Assembly: GCA_000092065.1 (NCBI GenBank)
Contig: CP000583.1
Strand: one strand, 5' to 3'
From: Ostreococcus lucimarinus
Taxonomy: Eukaryota
Length of the DNA: 64,000 bases
The translations under genes and the position numbers were made by a program. Within the stretch, counting starts at the first letter, position 1, and each line of letters opens with the position of its first letter. Shown here one piece after another: positions 48,605 to 58,447 of this stretch. The notes under the pieces were generated by a model. The model saw only the letters and a list, made by a program, of their open reading frames with translations, did not search any database and was not told the DNA's origin.

Positions 48605-50134
48605 ATGACTTCGCCGCCTCGATCGGTGTCGCAGGCGCTGTTATCGCCCGTGCGACACGTCCTCGCGAGCTTGCGAACGAACTCGTTCGAAGGCGAACGA
48701 TTCGTCGGCGACGAAGGGGGCGAGGACAAGCGTGAGGAGATATTCGCACGCTTAGAAGCACACGTGGAGAACGGGCTGAAGAAGAACACGCTGAGCGACG
48801 GTGATATCTTTGAGTTGATTCGCTTGACGACGGCGTTCGGGTTAGAGGAAGTAGGGACGTCGAACGCGGGCGCCGCGTTGGAAGCGGCGCGGTACGTGCT
48901 CACGGGGTCGAGCGCGACGGCGACGACGGGAGATTCAGAGGTGTTTCACGCGTCAACGCCCATGAGTGCGAATGGAACGCTCACCGCGCAGCCGTTGTCA
49001 CCGCCTCCGACCGCGACGACGCTCTTGGCGAGAACGGCGTCTGGGGGCGCTCAGACGGCGCCAAACACGCCGCAGCCCGATGACGGAGGTAGAATGGAGT
49101 CTGCGACAACTGCAACTAGTACGATGAGAGACGCTGCTCGCGCGACGAAGTCTTCGTCACTTCGTTCGAAGAGCAAGTCGGCGCTTTCGTCCATCGCCGG
49201 CGCGACTGACGAATCGAAAAAGCCAAAGCCGCGCCGGAGAACCGATGGAGAAACGGTCGAAGATCGTTTGCTCCGCGAGTGGATTCTTAGACAAGCGCGC
49301 GAGTCGGCGCGAATGGAAGAGATACGTCAAGCCGAACTCGCCGCAACCCGAAAAGCAAATTTGACGGGTCGACAGATTATGGAAAGCGTCGAGTCGCTGC
49401 GCGCGCGCGGCGAGGCTAGCCGCAAGCAGCAAGAAGAAGCACGAAAGGCGGCGGAGGCGAGCGCACGTCGACTCGCGATGCGGAGTGTGTCGGCGCACAT
49501 CGGTAAGAAGACTCGGGAACTCACAGCGAAGATGCCCGACTTTTCTTCGCGCCAACAGAGATTTGCGTCAAAGGCGGCGGAACGCGCGGAGCAACGACGT
49601 CGGGAAGCCGAAGAAGAAAAACGAGCCAAAGAAATGGTTGATGTTTCTGGAGAGCGCGTGCCCATGACGAACCGAGCGGCGCAGACGCATAGAACGCTTG
49701 AAGACCTTCAGGCGTGGAACGATCGCAGAGAAGAGAAAATCCGTAGCGCCAAGGCGAAGAAGGAGCAGGAAGAATTGCACGGGGCGACTTTCGCGCCGGT
49801 GTTGGATCAAAGGTCGCTACGCATGGCGCTGAAGAAGCGCATGGCGCTGAAAAAGTCACGCGAGGACTTCGCGACGTCAATAAATCATGAGCGTGACGCC
49901 GATGACGCCCGCCACCCATTTACGCCGCGTCTCGTTTCTCGACAACGTGAGACTCCGAGAGATGTCGTGCTCGAGCGACTGTATAGCGCGTCAAAATCGA
50001 CGCAAAAGAAGTCGGCCACGCCGGATAGAACTCCGCGCGAACACTGGGGTGGCTACGGCGTCGACGACGATCACCCAGACGCTGACGCGGGGGCGTCGGG
50101 GTTCATCTCGCTCGCCGAGCTCGACAGAGAGTAA
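48605..50134 (+). CDS. hypothetical charged/coiled-coil protein
   Basis: ATG at 48605 (MTSPPRSVSQALL). Codon usage is consistent with neighbouring genes. Long K/E/R-rich helical segments. No recognisable domain. Confidence 0.45.
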   Translation: MTSPPRSVSQALLSPVRHVLASLRTNSFEGERFVGDEGGEDKREEIFARLEAHVENGLKKNTLSDGDIFELIRLTTAFGLEEVGTSNAGAALEAARYVLTGSSATATTGDSEVFHASTPMSANGTLTAQPLSPPPTATTLLARTASGGAQTAPNTPQPDDGGRMESATTATSTMRDAARATKSSSLRSKSKSALSSIAGATDESKKPKPRRRTDGETVEDRLLREWILRQARESARMEEIRQAELAATRKANLTGRQIMESVESLRARGEASRKQQEEARKAAEASARRLAMRSVSAHIGKKTRELTAKMPDFSSRQQRFASKAAERAEQRRREAEEEKRAKEMVDVSGERVPMTNRAAQTHRTLEDLQAWNDRREEKIRSAKAKKEQEELHGATFAPVLDQRSLRMALKKRMALKKSREDFATSINHERDADDARHPFTPRLVSRQRETPRDVVLERLYSASKSTQKKSATPDRTPREHWGGYGVDDDHPDADAGASGFISLAELDRE

Positions 50135-50335
50135 ACGTAATACTGGTACATGTTATTTAAGACGTTTCGTTTCATCGATCATTCGCGTTGACGAGGTACA
50201 GGTAGACCGTAATCGTCGGGTCGGGTCCATGAGTCAAGAATGCCCATCCGACTATCGTCTTGAGTCATGAGCAGTAAACAGTCACGATGTGTGCTGCCTC
50301 GTCAAAACCGCGCGCGCGCGTGACGCGCGTTCCCG

Positions 50336-50995
50336 ATGCGCGCGTCGTGCGCGAGTACCCACGTCGGTGAAGTCGCGTGTTCGTCCTCGCGCGACACCGC
50401 GCGCACGAGCCGCGTTCGCGCGCCGCGCGCGTATTCGCGCGCGTGCGTCGAGCGTCGAGCGTCGAGCGTCGTCGCCCTAACCACCGCGCGTCGTGCTTCG
50501 GCGCTCATCGTCGGCGCCGTGGGCGACGAAGACGACGACGCGCGCGCACCGCGTCGCCGCCGCCGCCATCACCGCCGGGATGTCTCGACGTCGGCGATGA
50601 GCGATGTCGTGGCGAGCGGGGACGACGACGACGACGACGGGTCCTCGCGACTGGGCCAAACGCGCGTGCAACGCGCGGTCGATTCGTTGCGAACGAAGAC
50701 CTGGCGCAGGGCGAAGAAGAACTTTAAAAAGCTGCCTCTGGCGTTGATTTCTCTGCTGGTCGGATTTTCCGTGTGTGCGCTGCTACCTCATCCCGAAAGC
50801 CCGCAAGACGCGTTCATTTCGTTCACCATAATCTTGCTCGCCGAGTTCGCCTCGAGCGTGCTCTACGGCGACGAAAACCAAGGCGGGATTTTGCGTTGGG
50901 TTCGCGAGGGCGATTGGCTACCGACGGTTTTAAATTGCTTCAAGATTGGTGTTTTATACGGTTTATTCTGCGATGGTTTCAAAGTCGGGTCGTGA
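50336..50995 (+). CDS. Ycf20-like (DUF565) small plastid membrane protein
   Basis: ATG at 50336. Transit-peptide-like N-terminus, then KKLPLALISLLVGFSVCALL...EFASSVLYG, resembling Ycf20 (KLPVKILFFLVGFYCATAF...EGISLLLYRG). Confidence 0.45.
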   Translation: MRASCASTHVGEVACSSSRDTARTSRVRAPRAYSRACVERRASSVVALTTARRASALIVGAVGDEDDDARAPRRRRRHHRRDVSTSAMSDVVASGDDDDDDGSSRLGQTRVQRAVDSLRTKTWRRAKKNFKKLPLALISLLVGFSVCALLPHPESPQDAFISFTIILLAEFASSVLYGDENQGGILRWVREGDWLPTVLNCFKIGVLYGLFCDGFKVGS

Positions 50996-51098
50996 ACGCG
51001 AACGAGCCTAGTCATTTGCAACGTCAACGTCAACGTAACGTCGACGAAAAATTCTGTAGCTCTCCTCGCGTCGCCGCCGCCTCGCCCGCACATCGACG

Positions 51099-51743
51099 AT
51101 GTCTTCCGAGCCCTCGACGTCGGGCAGGATCGCAATCGATGTCACCGCGCGCGAGGACTTACACGCATGCATTCGTCGCGCGAGCTCGCACCCCGACGTC
51201 GATCGCGACGTGCGCGAACGATGCGTCGAGGCGTTGAAGGACGCGCACGCGCGCGGTGTGGATTACGACGTCGTCTTCGACGCGTGCGATGCGTTGCGAG
51301 CGATCGGCGACGGCGAAAACGTGCCGAGCGTGCGCGCGGTGCTCACGCTCGCGAACATTCGCTTCGAAGTCGTTCGCGAGCGCGAGGAGCTGACCGAGGA
51401 GGAGAAGGAGGCGAGGCGAGCGCACCGCGAGCTCATGGCGACGCTGCGAGACGTCGTCGAGGCACGCGCGTTCGCGAAGATGACGTGCGATGTGGATCGC
51501 ACTCGAGGATCAGACCGCTCGTCTCCGATGGGATTTAAGGCGGATACGCGCGCGTTTGGGTTCGCCGCGCACGTGCTGACCGTCATGTTCGCCTTCGCGT
51601 GCGCGGGATACGTCGGCGGCGGCGCGTTGGAGCGCGGCGGCGCGAATCCCGCGTGGGCGCGAGGGCTGTGCGCCGCCCTCGGCGCCGCTCTCGGGCTCAC
51701 GGTAGAGGCAGGATTGATGATTTTACGCGAAGGTCGCGTGTAG
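51099..51743 (+). CDS. hypothetical protein with C-terminal transmembrane hairpin
   Basis: 214-aa ORF with typical codon usage. Soluble acidic N-domain and two C-terminal TM helices (FGFAAHVLTVMFAFACAGYVGGG; GLCAALGAALGLTVEAGLMIL). Confidence 0.4.
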   Translation: MSSEPSTSGRIAIDVTAREDLHACIRRASSHPDVDRDVRERCVEALKDAHARGVDYDVVFDACDALRAIGDGENVPSVRAVLTLANIRFEVVREREELTEEEKEARRAHRELMATLRDVVEARAFAKMTCDVDRTRGSDRSSPMGFKADTRAFGFAAHVLTVMFAFACAGYVGGGALERGGANPAWARGLCAALGAALGLTVEAGLMILREGRV

Positions 51744-51757
51744 TTAAAATGTAGAAG

Positions 51758-52519
51758 CTAGTCGCCGCCCAATCTGCGCCCTTGCCCCGCGAAGTATCGC
51801 TGTCGAGGCGGTTGCACGACGTTTGAAGCGGCGCTCACCACTCCGTTTCCGCTATTGATGTAATCCGCGAGTGCGTGCACAAACTTCGGCGTTTGGATGA
51901 TCGATCGTCGCCCGCTGTGTAGTGGGTACAGGCGCGCGAAGAAGTAATACGCGTGCCCGACGATAATGCCCAAGAAATCAGGCATCGGGTCGCCTCCCAT
52001 GAGCGCCGTCATCACGAGCATGGCCCAGGGAAAATAAAACGCGCCCACGCGCACGATTCCCATCAACGATACCCTCGCCCGCGGGTGCTCTCGACTCCAC
52101 AAGTACAGGCACATGAAAATTAAGCTATCGCCGTAGAACGCTTGCGCGATCGACGGCACGACGAGCTCGAGCGGCGTCAACGCGCACGCGCCGAAGAGGA
52201 GAAACGCGATATAATCCGCCGTCCCGCTCGCGCCCGTGAACGCCTCCTTCTCGAGCGACACCGAGTACTGCGCGATCATCACCATGCGCATCGCGAACCC
52301 TAAGCTCAGCTTCCCCAAAAACGCAAAGTTCGTCAGCAATCGCCACGGTTGAAACTTCCCGCCCTTGGCGAGTGAAATCATTCGCCACGACAGCATCATC
52401 GCGCGCGGGTCGACGAATTTCGCGTGGAACCCGAGCGTGCTCAGCGCGCAGGACGTGAACCAAAACTTTGATATCGGCGGCAGCGCGGCGTACCACGCCT
52501 GCGGGGAATCCGCGGACAT
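51758..52519 (-). CDS. Derlin (Der1-like ERAD component)
   Basis: [30 protein letters not shown]...[11 protein letters not shown]...SLEKE is the Der1 signature. Four TM segments. Confidence 0.85.
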   Translation of the reverse strand: MSADSPQAWYAALPPISKFWFTSCALSTLGFHAKFVDPRAMMLSWRMISLAKGGKFQPWRLLTNFAFLGKLSLGFAMRMVMIAQYSVSLEKEAFTGASGTADYIAFLLFGACALTPLELVVPSIAQAFYGDSLIFMCLYLWSREHPRARVSLMGIVRVGAFYFPWAMLVMTALMGGDPMPDFLGIIVGHAYYFFARLYPLHSGRRSIIQTPKFVHALADYINSGNGVVSAASNVVQPPRQRYFAGQGRRLGGD

Positions 52520-52673
52520 CACGCGCGGGCCTCGACGAAATCGAGTCGCAATCAACCCAAATCACGAAATCAATCGCGTCGCCGTGTGCCGCGGCTGCGC
52601 GGCCGCGATGGGCGAGCGCGAGATCGCGACGCGTTCGTCGTCGCGCGTCCGTCGTCGTCCGTCGACGACAGCG

Positions 52674-53711
52674 ATGATGCGTCGAACGTCGATCAAGTCG
52701 TTGATCGAGCGCGCGAGCGCGGCGAGCGCGGCGAGCGCGGTCGCGCGCGCGGCGCGCGCGGCGTTCACGTCGTCGTCAACGGCATCGGTGCGCGCATCGT
52801 CGTCGTCGCACGCCGACTCGCCGGCGGTGTTCGTCGACAAGAACACGCGCGTGATAGTGCAAGGGTTCACGGGCAAGAATGGCACGTTTCACAGCGAACA
52901 GGCGATCGCGTACGGGACGCAAGTCGTGGGCGGGGTGACGCCGCGCAAGGGCGGAACGACGCACTTGAATCTGCCCGTGTTCGACACCGTGCGAGAGGCG
53001 AAAGAGAGCACGAAAGCCAACGCGAGCGTGATTTATGTCCCACCACCGTTCGCGGCGCGGGCGGTGATGGAGGCCATAGAGGCGGAAGTCGAGCTCGTCG
53101 TGTGCATCACGGAGGGGATTCCGCAACACGACATGGTGCGAGTCAAACAGGCGCTGATGTCGCAAAGCAAAACGCGATTGATCGGGCCGAACTGCCCGGG
53201 AATCATCAAACCCGGCGAGTGTAAGATTGGAATCATGCCTGGATACATTCACAAGCCAGGACGCGTGGGCGTGGTTTCACGAAGCGGGACGTTGACGTAC
53301 GAGGCGGTGTATCAGACGACCGTCGCGGGACTCGGGCAGAGCACATGCGTGGGGATCGGGGGCGACCCTTTCAACGGCACTAATTTCGTCGATTGTCTGG
53401 AGAAGTTCGTCAAGGATCCGCAGACGGAAGGCATCATCATGATCGGCGAGATCGGCGGCACCGCGGAAGAGGAAGCGGCGGAGTTTATTCGCGCGAGCGG
53501 TACCGAAAAGCCGATTGTATCCTTCATCGCGGGGCTCACCGCACCCCCAGGCAGGCGTATGGGTCACGCCGGAGCGATCATATCAGGCGGTAAGGGTAGC
53601 GCAGGCGATAAAATCGCCGCGCTCGAACGCGTCGGCGTTCGCGTCGTCAAGTCGCCGGCGAAGATGGGCCAGGCGATGTACGAAATGTTTGGCGAACGAA
53701 ACATGCTGTAA
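52674..53711 (+). CDS. succinyl-CoA ligase alpha subunit, mitochondrial
   Basis: ATG at 52674 ([15 protein letters not shown], presequence). [39 protein letters not shown], active-site His region [17 protein letters not shown]. Confidence 0.9.
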   Translation: MMRRTSIKSLIERASAASAASAVARAARAAFTSSSTASVRASSSSHADSPAVFVDKNTRVIVQGFTGKNGTFHSEQAIAYGTQVVGGVTPRKGGTTHLNLPVFDTVREAKESTKANASVIYVPPPFAARAVMEAIEAEVELVVCITEGIPQHDMVRVKQALMSQSKTRLIGPNCPGIIKPGECKIGIMPGYIHKPGRVGVVSRSGTLTYEAVYQTTVAGLGQSTCVGIGGDPFNGTNFVDCLEKFVKDPQTEGIIMIGEIGGTAEEEAAEFIRASGTEKPIVSFIAGLTAPPGRRMGHAGAIISGGKGSAGDKIAALERVGVRVVKSPAKMGQAMYEMFGERNML

Positions 53712-53843
53712 ACTAATTCTGGTTGATATCGGTCGTCGACGCCGCTGTTACGCGACACTGCACTACTCTACGCGCTACTTGCTTGATAATACTATACTTA
53801 CGCTTGCGTGCCTACGTGCGTACCGACGGACTTTGCGACGATT

Positions 53844-54902
53844 TCACGCGCACGCCGCCACGGCGTCGATGGGCTCGCGTCTTCGCTCAAGAAACTCGCG
53901 CATGGCCGTGCTTCGCGAACGCAACGGCACGTGACAGCACCGCTGATACATGGATCTGTGCAGGCCGAACTGCCGCCGAACGTCAGCCACCGTTGCGCCC
54001 GCCTCGCGTTTGATCCACGCCTTTGTGGTGATGTCGAGCACGAACATCACCCAGTGCGTCCACGCGAAACATACGAAACCAATGACATGCGCGCCCGACA
54101 GGGCGCACGCGAGTAACATGTAAGGCCACGCCGTAGAACGCCACGCATTCTTGGACATCTTCGCGAGCGAATACGCCGCTACAATAAATATGAGAACTCC
54201 CATCGCTGCGCCGCTCGTCAAGAGGGCCAGAAACCAACTATGGTTGTACTCACCGACGCAGTTCCCGATCACGCCGCAGTGATGGTCGAACCTTCGCACG
54301 CACACGTTGCATGTCGCGCAGTGCGTCGCCATCGGCGGTCGCCAGAGTTGGCACGTGACGCAAAACTTTAACCTCGCGTCGTCGTTCGTCGCGCTCGTTT
54401 CGGTTAGAGCTCGTCGCGTCCACGCGCCGCCGAAATCTCGATCCATGCCCCAAGAGCGCGCTTCGGCGTCTTCTTCGACGGCATCGATGACGCACTGTCT
54501 AAGTCTATCGCTGTACGATGGGCACTTGTCCCCGCTTTTGCTCTCCTCGCTCGTCGCTTCCGCCTTGACGCGCGTCGCCTCGTCGAGGCGCTTCACGCAC
54601 GCCGCCGCGCGGTCGTCCTCTGCCGTCGGTACGACGATCCCCGGGTCGCTCGCGCGCGTCATCCACGCGCACACTAACGCGCACACCGCCGTGACCAAGA
54701 TCGCGCTCTGCCAAATCCATCGGCGAAGCCCGAATTCGTCCTTCGTCGCGTCGTCCAGGGCGTTGTCTTCGTCACCAATCCACAGCGCGATCGACGCGCT
54801 CGCGGCGAGCGAGGCGAAGGCGACGATGCACAGCGCGAGAGAGCGACACGCGGCGCGTTCTCTCGCTCTCGCGCGCGAGCGCGACGCGCGCGAGGCATCC
54901 AT
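53844..54902 (-). CDS. DHHC-type protein S-acyltransferase
   Basis: ATG at 54900-54902 (MDASRASRSR). DHHC-CRD: CVTCQLWRPPMATHCATCNVCVRRFDHHCGVIGNCVGEYN, flanked by four TM helices. Confidence 0.85.
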   Translation of the reverse strand: MDASRASRSRARARERAACRSLALCIVAFASLAASASIALWIGDEDNALDDATKDEFGLRRWIWQSAILVTAVCALVCAWMTRASDPGIVVPTAEDDRAAACVKRLDEATRVKAEATSEESKSGDKCPSYSDRLRQCVIDAVEEDAEARSWGMDRDFGGAWTRRALTETSATNDDARLKFCVTCQLWRPPMATHCATCNVCVRRFDHHCGVIGNCVGEYNHSWFLALLTSGAAMGVLIFIVAAYSLAKMSKNAWRSTAWPYMLLACALSGAHVIGFVCFAWTHWVMFVLDITTKAWIKREAGATVADVRRQFGLHRSMYQRCCHVPLRSRSTAMREFLERRREPIDAVAACA

Positions 54903-54980
54903 GTCGACTGTACGACAGCCTGTGCGGCGAACGCGGCGCACCGACCGACGACGTCGTCCGCACTGCGACGCGCGCGAAAG

Positions 54981-55652
54981 ATGACGACGACGACGACGAC
55001 GACGACCAAGGCGTCGACGACCAAGGCGACGACCAAGGCGACGGCGACCAAGACGGCGCAGCGCCCCGTCGCGACGCGCGCGGCGCCGGCGAATGCGACG
55101 AAGCAGGTGCGGCGCGCCGAACGCCACCGGACACCGAGCGACTGACTCTATCCACTCGCGCAGGCGAGCGCCGAGTTCGAAGCGCCGAATCAGTACGGAT
55201 ACTTCCCGTCCGCGATCGAGGCCGCGAGGAAGAAACGCGCGACGCAAACTGGGTTCGACAAGCAAGTCAAGATGACGAAGGCGGAGCAAAAAGAACGTTT
55301 CAGCTCGCTGTGCTCGAAGCATCCCGAGCTGCAAAAGTGCAGAGACGACTACGTGTCGCCGCTTCGGGTGAAACCGTCGACGCAGAGCGTCATCAACGGA
55401 AGCGTCGTGCGCAGCGATGGTATCATTTTAGTGCCCGGGAATAAGGATGACTTGGTGACGTGGGCGCTCGATCCCGCCATGTCCGGCGACACGCTCGGAT
55501 TGTTGCTCCCGACGCTCTTCATCATCATCGGCGCGCAGCTCAAGCAAGCCGCGGGGGTGCCGGAGTACGTCTCTGGCGCGGTCGGGGTGACGACCAAGCT
55601 CATAGCCACCGGTCTCGTCGCGTTGTACTGGGTGCCAAACTTTGTGAACTAA
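54981..55652 (+). CDS. small organelle-targeted two-TM membrane protein of unknown family (two exons: 54981..55106 and 55164..55652)
   Basis: Exon 1 MTTTTTTTKASTTKATTKATATKTAQRPVATRAAPANATKQ (transit-peptide-like, (ACG)7 run) ends at donor CAG|GTGCGG. 57-nt intron with CTGAC branch and CGCGCAG acceptor. Exon 2 continues in frame through the track ORF 55272..55652, which has a C-terminal hydrophobic pair (LGLLLPTLFIIIGAQL; LIATGLVALYWVPNF). Confidence 0.6.
55107..55163 (+). other. short spliceosomal intron (57 nt)
   Basis: GTGCGGCGCGCC...GAGCGACTGACTCTATCCACTCGCGCAG. Confidence 0.65.
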
Positions 55653-55912
55653 TATCAGCTCTGATCGCTCTCGATGAAGCTGACCATTGACCGCGATATC
55701 AACGGCGCGAGAAACAACGGACTTCGGGCGCTCGCCGACGGCGGATTCGGCCGAACGAACGAGTACTGGACGACAATGTAAACAGAACTACCCCGCCCCG
55801 CGAATTACGGGGTGACACAGGCAGCCGAGCGAGCTAGGCGTTTCACTCGCGCCGACGACGCGGGGGCGGCGTTCTAAAACTTTCATTCTTCTACACGCTC
55901 TACACACTATTC

Positions 55913-56632
55913 CTAAGCGCCGCTCGGTGGGATTGAAACCGAGACGATTTGCTCGCCGCGCACGAAGACTTGCTGTATGCGCCGCGTGCGAACATCTAAC
56001 TTTGGAAGGATGCGCGTCTTCGTCTCCGTCGTCGTCGCGCCTCCGTCGATTTCGCTCGGCAGCGTTCGCTCCTTCTCCACCTCACGCATCACGCGCACGC
56101 TGTACGTTTCCTCGACGTCGGTGAGAATCATGTTCGAAAACTTATCAAACGCCTCTACGTACGCCGTGGCGACGCCTCGCACGCCTCGCGCGTGTCGCGT
56201 TACGATTTTCACTCGTTCTCTGCGCTCGCGCGCGTCCCTCAGCACCCGCAGCGGTCCATCTCGCGCGTGCTTCGAGTTAGCCAGCACATCACACACGCGT
56301 TCGCGCTGCGCAAACTTCTCGCCCTGTTTCGTGAACTTCTCCGCGCGTTGCTTCGCTCTCGCCTGCGCCGCGAACGACGTCGCGTCTCGCGTCGCTCGCG
56401 CTCCGCCGCGCCCGAGCCCACCTTCACCCTCGTCCGCGCCCGACGGGAGCAATCGTCGACACTGTCGCACCGTGTCCAACGCCCGCGCGCGCGGTCGCGG
56501 CGGCACGGCGCCCGAATCTTTTCGCAAAGCCAACGCCGGGTCGAAGTCGGGCGAGTAAAAGTCGAGCGCCGACGCCGACGCCGACGTCGACGCGCGCGGC
56601 GCACGAGACGCGTCGTCGGGGCGCGCGTCCAT
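55913..56632 (-). CDS. Sm-like (LSM) domain protein with N-terminal extension and split Sm fold (LSm11/LSm-like)
   Basis: Sm1 (RVKIVTRHARGVRGVATAYVEAFDKFSNMILTDVEE) and Sm2 (RRIQQVFVRGEQIVSVS) are separated by a ~40-aa insert, preceded by a 130-aa low-complexity N-terminus. Confidence 0.55.
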   Translation of the reverse strand: MDARPDDASRAPRASTSASASALDFYSPDFDPALALRKDSGAVPPRPRARALDTVRQCRRLLPSGADEGEGGLGRGGARATRDATSFAAQARAKQRAEKFTKQGEKFAQRERVCDVLANSKHARDGPLRVLRDARERRERVKIVTRHARGVRGVATAYVEAFDKFSNMILTDVEETYSVRVMREVEKERTLPSEIDGGATTTETKTRILPKLDVRTRRIQQVFVRGEQIVSVSIPPSGA

Positions 56633-56733
56633 GACGCACGTTTTGACCGACGGACGACGCGTCGTGCGCGCGCGCGCGCGCGCGAGTGCTGTCGCGGCGC
56701 TGGTCCCGAACGTGGCACAGCGCGGCTCGCGCG

Positions 56734-56766
56734 ACGATCGATCGATCGATCGATCGATCGATCGAT
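56734..56766. repeat. (GATC)7-8 palindromic microsatellite in the divergent LSM/PDI-like intergenic region
   Basis: cgatcgatcgatcgatcgatcgatcgatcgatg. Self-complementary tetranucleotide repeat ending in an ATG at 56765. Confidence 0.9.
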
Positions 56767-56878
56767 GGGCGTCGATACGCCGACGGTGGCGAAGATGGAC
56801 GAACGCGATGGGCGTCGTGGTCGAACGCGCGCCGCGCGCTCGGCGAAGGCGTCGCTCGCGTGTCGTTTAACTCGCACG

Positions 56879-58390
56879 ATGGTGATTACAATCGTGTCAC
56901 TGCTGGCGACGAGGTCGTCGTTCGTCACGATCGCGCGCGCGATGGCGAGCGAGCGAGGGACGCCGATCGATCTCGGGACGGCGCTGCAAACGTCCAAGAC
57001 GGCGCATCAGAGAGCGAACGAGGCGATGCGAACGGAGAACTATTATCAAACCACGGATGAGCGCGAGCTGTTCGCTACGCTCGGCGACGCCACGGTGGTG
57101 TTGGCGCTGTTGATCCCGGACTGTGAGCTGTGCGCAAACTACGCGCAGGAGTTCAGATACGTGGCAGAACTGTTCGCACGATCGGACGCAGATGGGAACG
57201 TGGACGCCGCGACGCCATCGAATTCGTTGGTTTTCGTCGAGGTGCCCGACGCGCGTGCGACGCCGAATGCCACGGGCGCGTTCAACGCCAAGAGCGCGCC
57301 GTTCGTGGCGCTTTTGAAAAAGAACCGGTGGTACTACGTCACGCCTCAAGGCGAGACGAAGATTAGAGAGCCAAAGCGCTTTAAAGGAGCGTTGAACGCG
57401 AAGGAAACGGTTGAGTGGTTGAACTACGCGCTCGGTCGTAAGCACGACGCTCGCGTATCGGTGCCGCCCGTGGTCGACGAGTTGACGATGGAAACCATCG
57501 ACGAGTACATCGTCGATGACGATTACGACGTCGTGGTTGAGTTCTACGCCAAATGGTGTGGACATTGCCAAGCTTTTGAGAAGGATTACGAGCAAATCGG
57601 CGCGCACTATTTTCGCGAGCGGCGCGCGAAGAATCGTCGCGTTAAAATAGCAAGAATAGATGTCGACAACGCTCGACCAGCGGCGATCAAGTACAACATC
57701 ACCGGATTGCCCACTTTACAGTTGTTCCCTCGCGGGCACAAGACCAAAGGGTTGCCGTTCAAGGGCTCGAAGAAAACGACGCAACTGGTAATCGACTTCA
57801 TCGATTCCCCCGGCGTTGCGTTGTATGAAATGAAAATTAAGGACATGGAGCCTTGGCAGTGCTTCGATTGGTTGCGAGAAGAGCAACTGATAGAGTTCGA
57901 TGACAATATTCAGAAAGCCGTCGATGGTGAGAAAGTCACACCGGCGGAGTGCGATGACATCGTGAACAGCGTATTCAACTTTGCGCAGGCGCGCGCGAAC
58001 AGACAACAATGGCGAGAAGCGATGGTCATTACCATGTGCATGGCGGCGACCAAGGAGCTGAAGAACACACCGTCTGGAAATTCCGCGGCGATGTGGAATC
58101 TTTTGGACAACGCAAAGTTTCACGTCGAGAATCCATCGACGGAAGACGACGAGCAGGCGCGCGAAGCGGAGCACACCAAGTATCGGAGGCCCGACGGCGA
58201 GATGGATTGGGAGGCGTTCCGAAGCGACCAAGCGGAGGCCTGGAGGCGCGAGCGCGAAAAACATGGTTTGTACGACCTTGAAGGCGAAGACGATGCGATG
58301 TTTGATGAAGAGGAGTGGTTCGACTTCGCTTCACCCGAGGAAGGCGGCGCGCGTGTGGAAATCCCGGAAATTCACCGAGACGAGCTTTGA
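56879..58390 (+). CDS. ER-resident thioredoxin-domain (PDI-like) protein with C-terminal RDEL retention signal
   Basis: Signal-peptide-like start MVITIVSLLATRSSFVTIARA (ATG 56879; upstream in-frame ATGs at 56765 and 56795 are alternatives). Thioredoxin active site WCGHCQ. Ends ...EIHRDEL. Confidence 0.75.
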   Translation: MVITIVSLLATRSSFVTIARAMASERGTPIDLGTALQTSKTAHQRANEAMRTENYYQTTDERELFATLGDATVVLALLIPDCELCANYAQEFRYVAELFARSDADGNVDAATPSNSLVFVEVPDARATPNATGAFNAKSAPFVALLKKNRWYYVTPQGETKIREPKRFKGALNAKETVEWLNYALGRKHDARVSVPPVVDELTMETIDEYIVDDDYDVVVEFYAKWCGHCQAFEKDYEQIGAHYFRERRAKNRRVKIARIDVDNARPAAIKYNITGLPTLQLFPRGHKTKGLPFKGSKKTTQLVIDFIDSPGVALYEMKIKDMEPWQCFDWLREEQLIEFDDNIQKAVDGEKVTPAECDDIVNSVFNFAQARANRQQWREAMVITMCMAATKELKNTPSGNSAAMWNLLDNAKFHVENPSTEDDEQAREAEHTKYRRPDGEMDWEAFRSDQAEAWRREREKHGLYDLEGEDDAMFDEEEWFDFASPEEGGARVEIPEIHRDEL

Positions 58391-58447
58391 TCCTGCGCGA
58401 CCGACTGCTGCACTACTAGCTAAATATTTGTTACAATAGACCCATGG

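Noticed and set aside
50160-50290. Possible tRNA-like segment (gggtcgggtcca...) in the 50134-50336 intergenic region
   Set aside because: No acceptor stem, anticodon loop or canonical T-loop (GGTTCGAATCC-like) could be assembled by eye. No RNA genes are called in this window.
55093-55275. 60-aa ORF MRRSRCGAPNATG...
   Set aside because: It overlaps exon 1 and the intron of the small membrane-protein gene in another frame. It is explained by that gene model.
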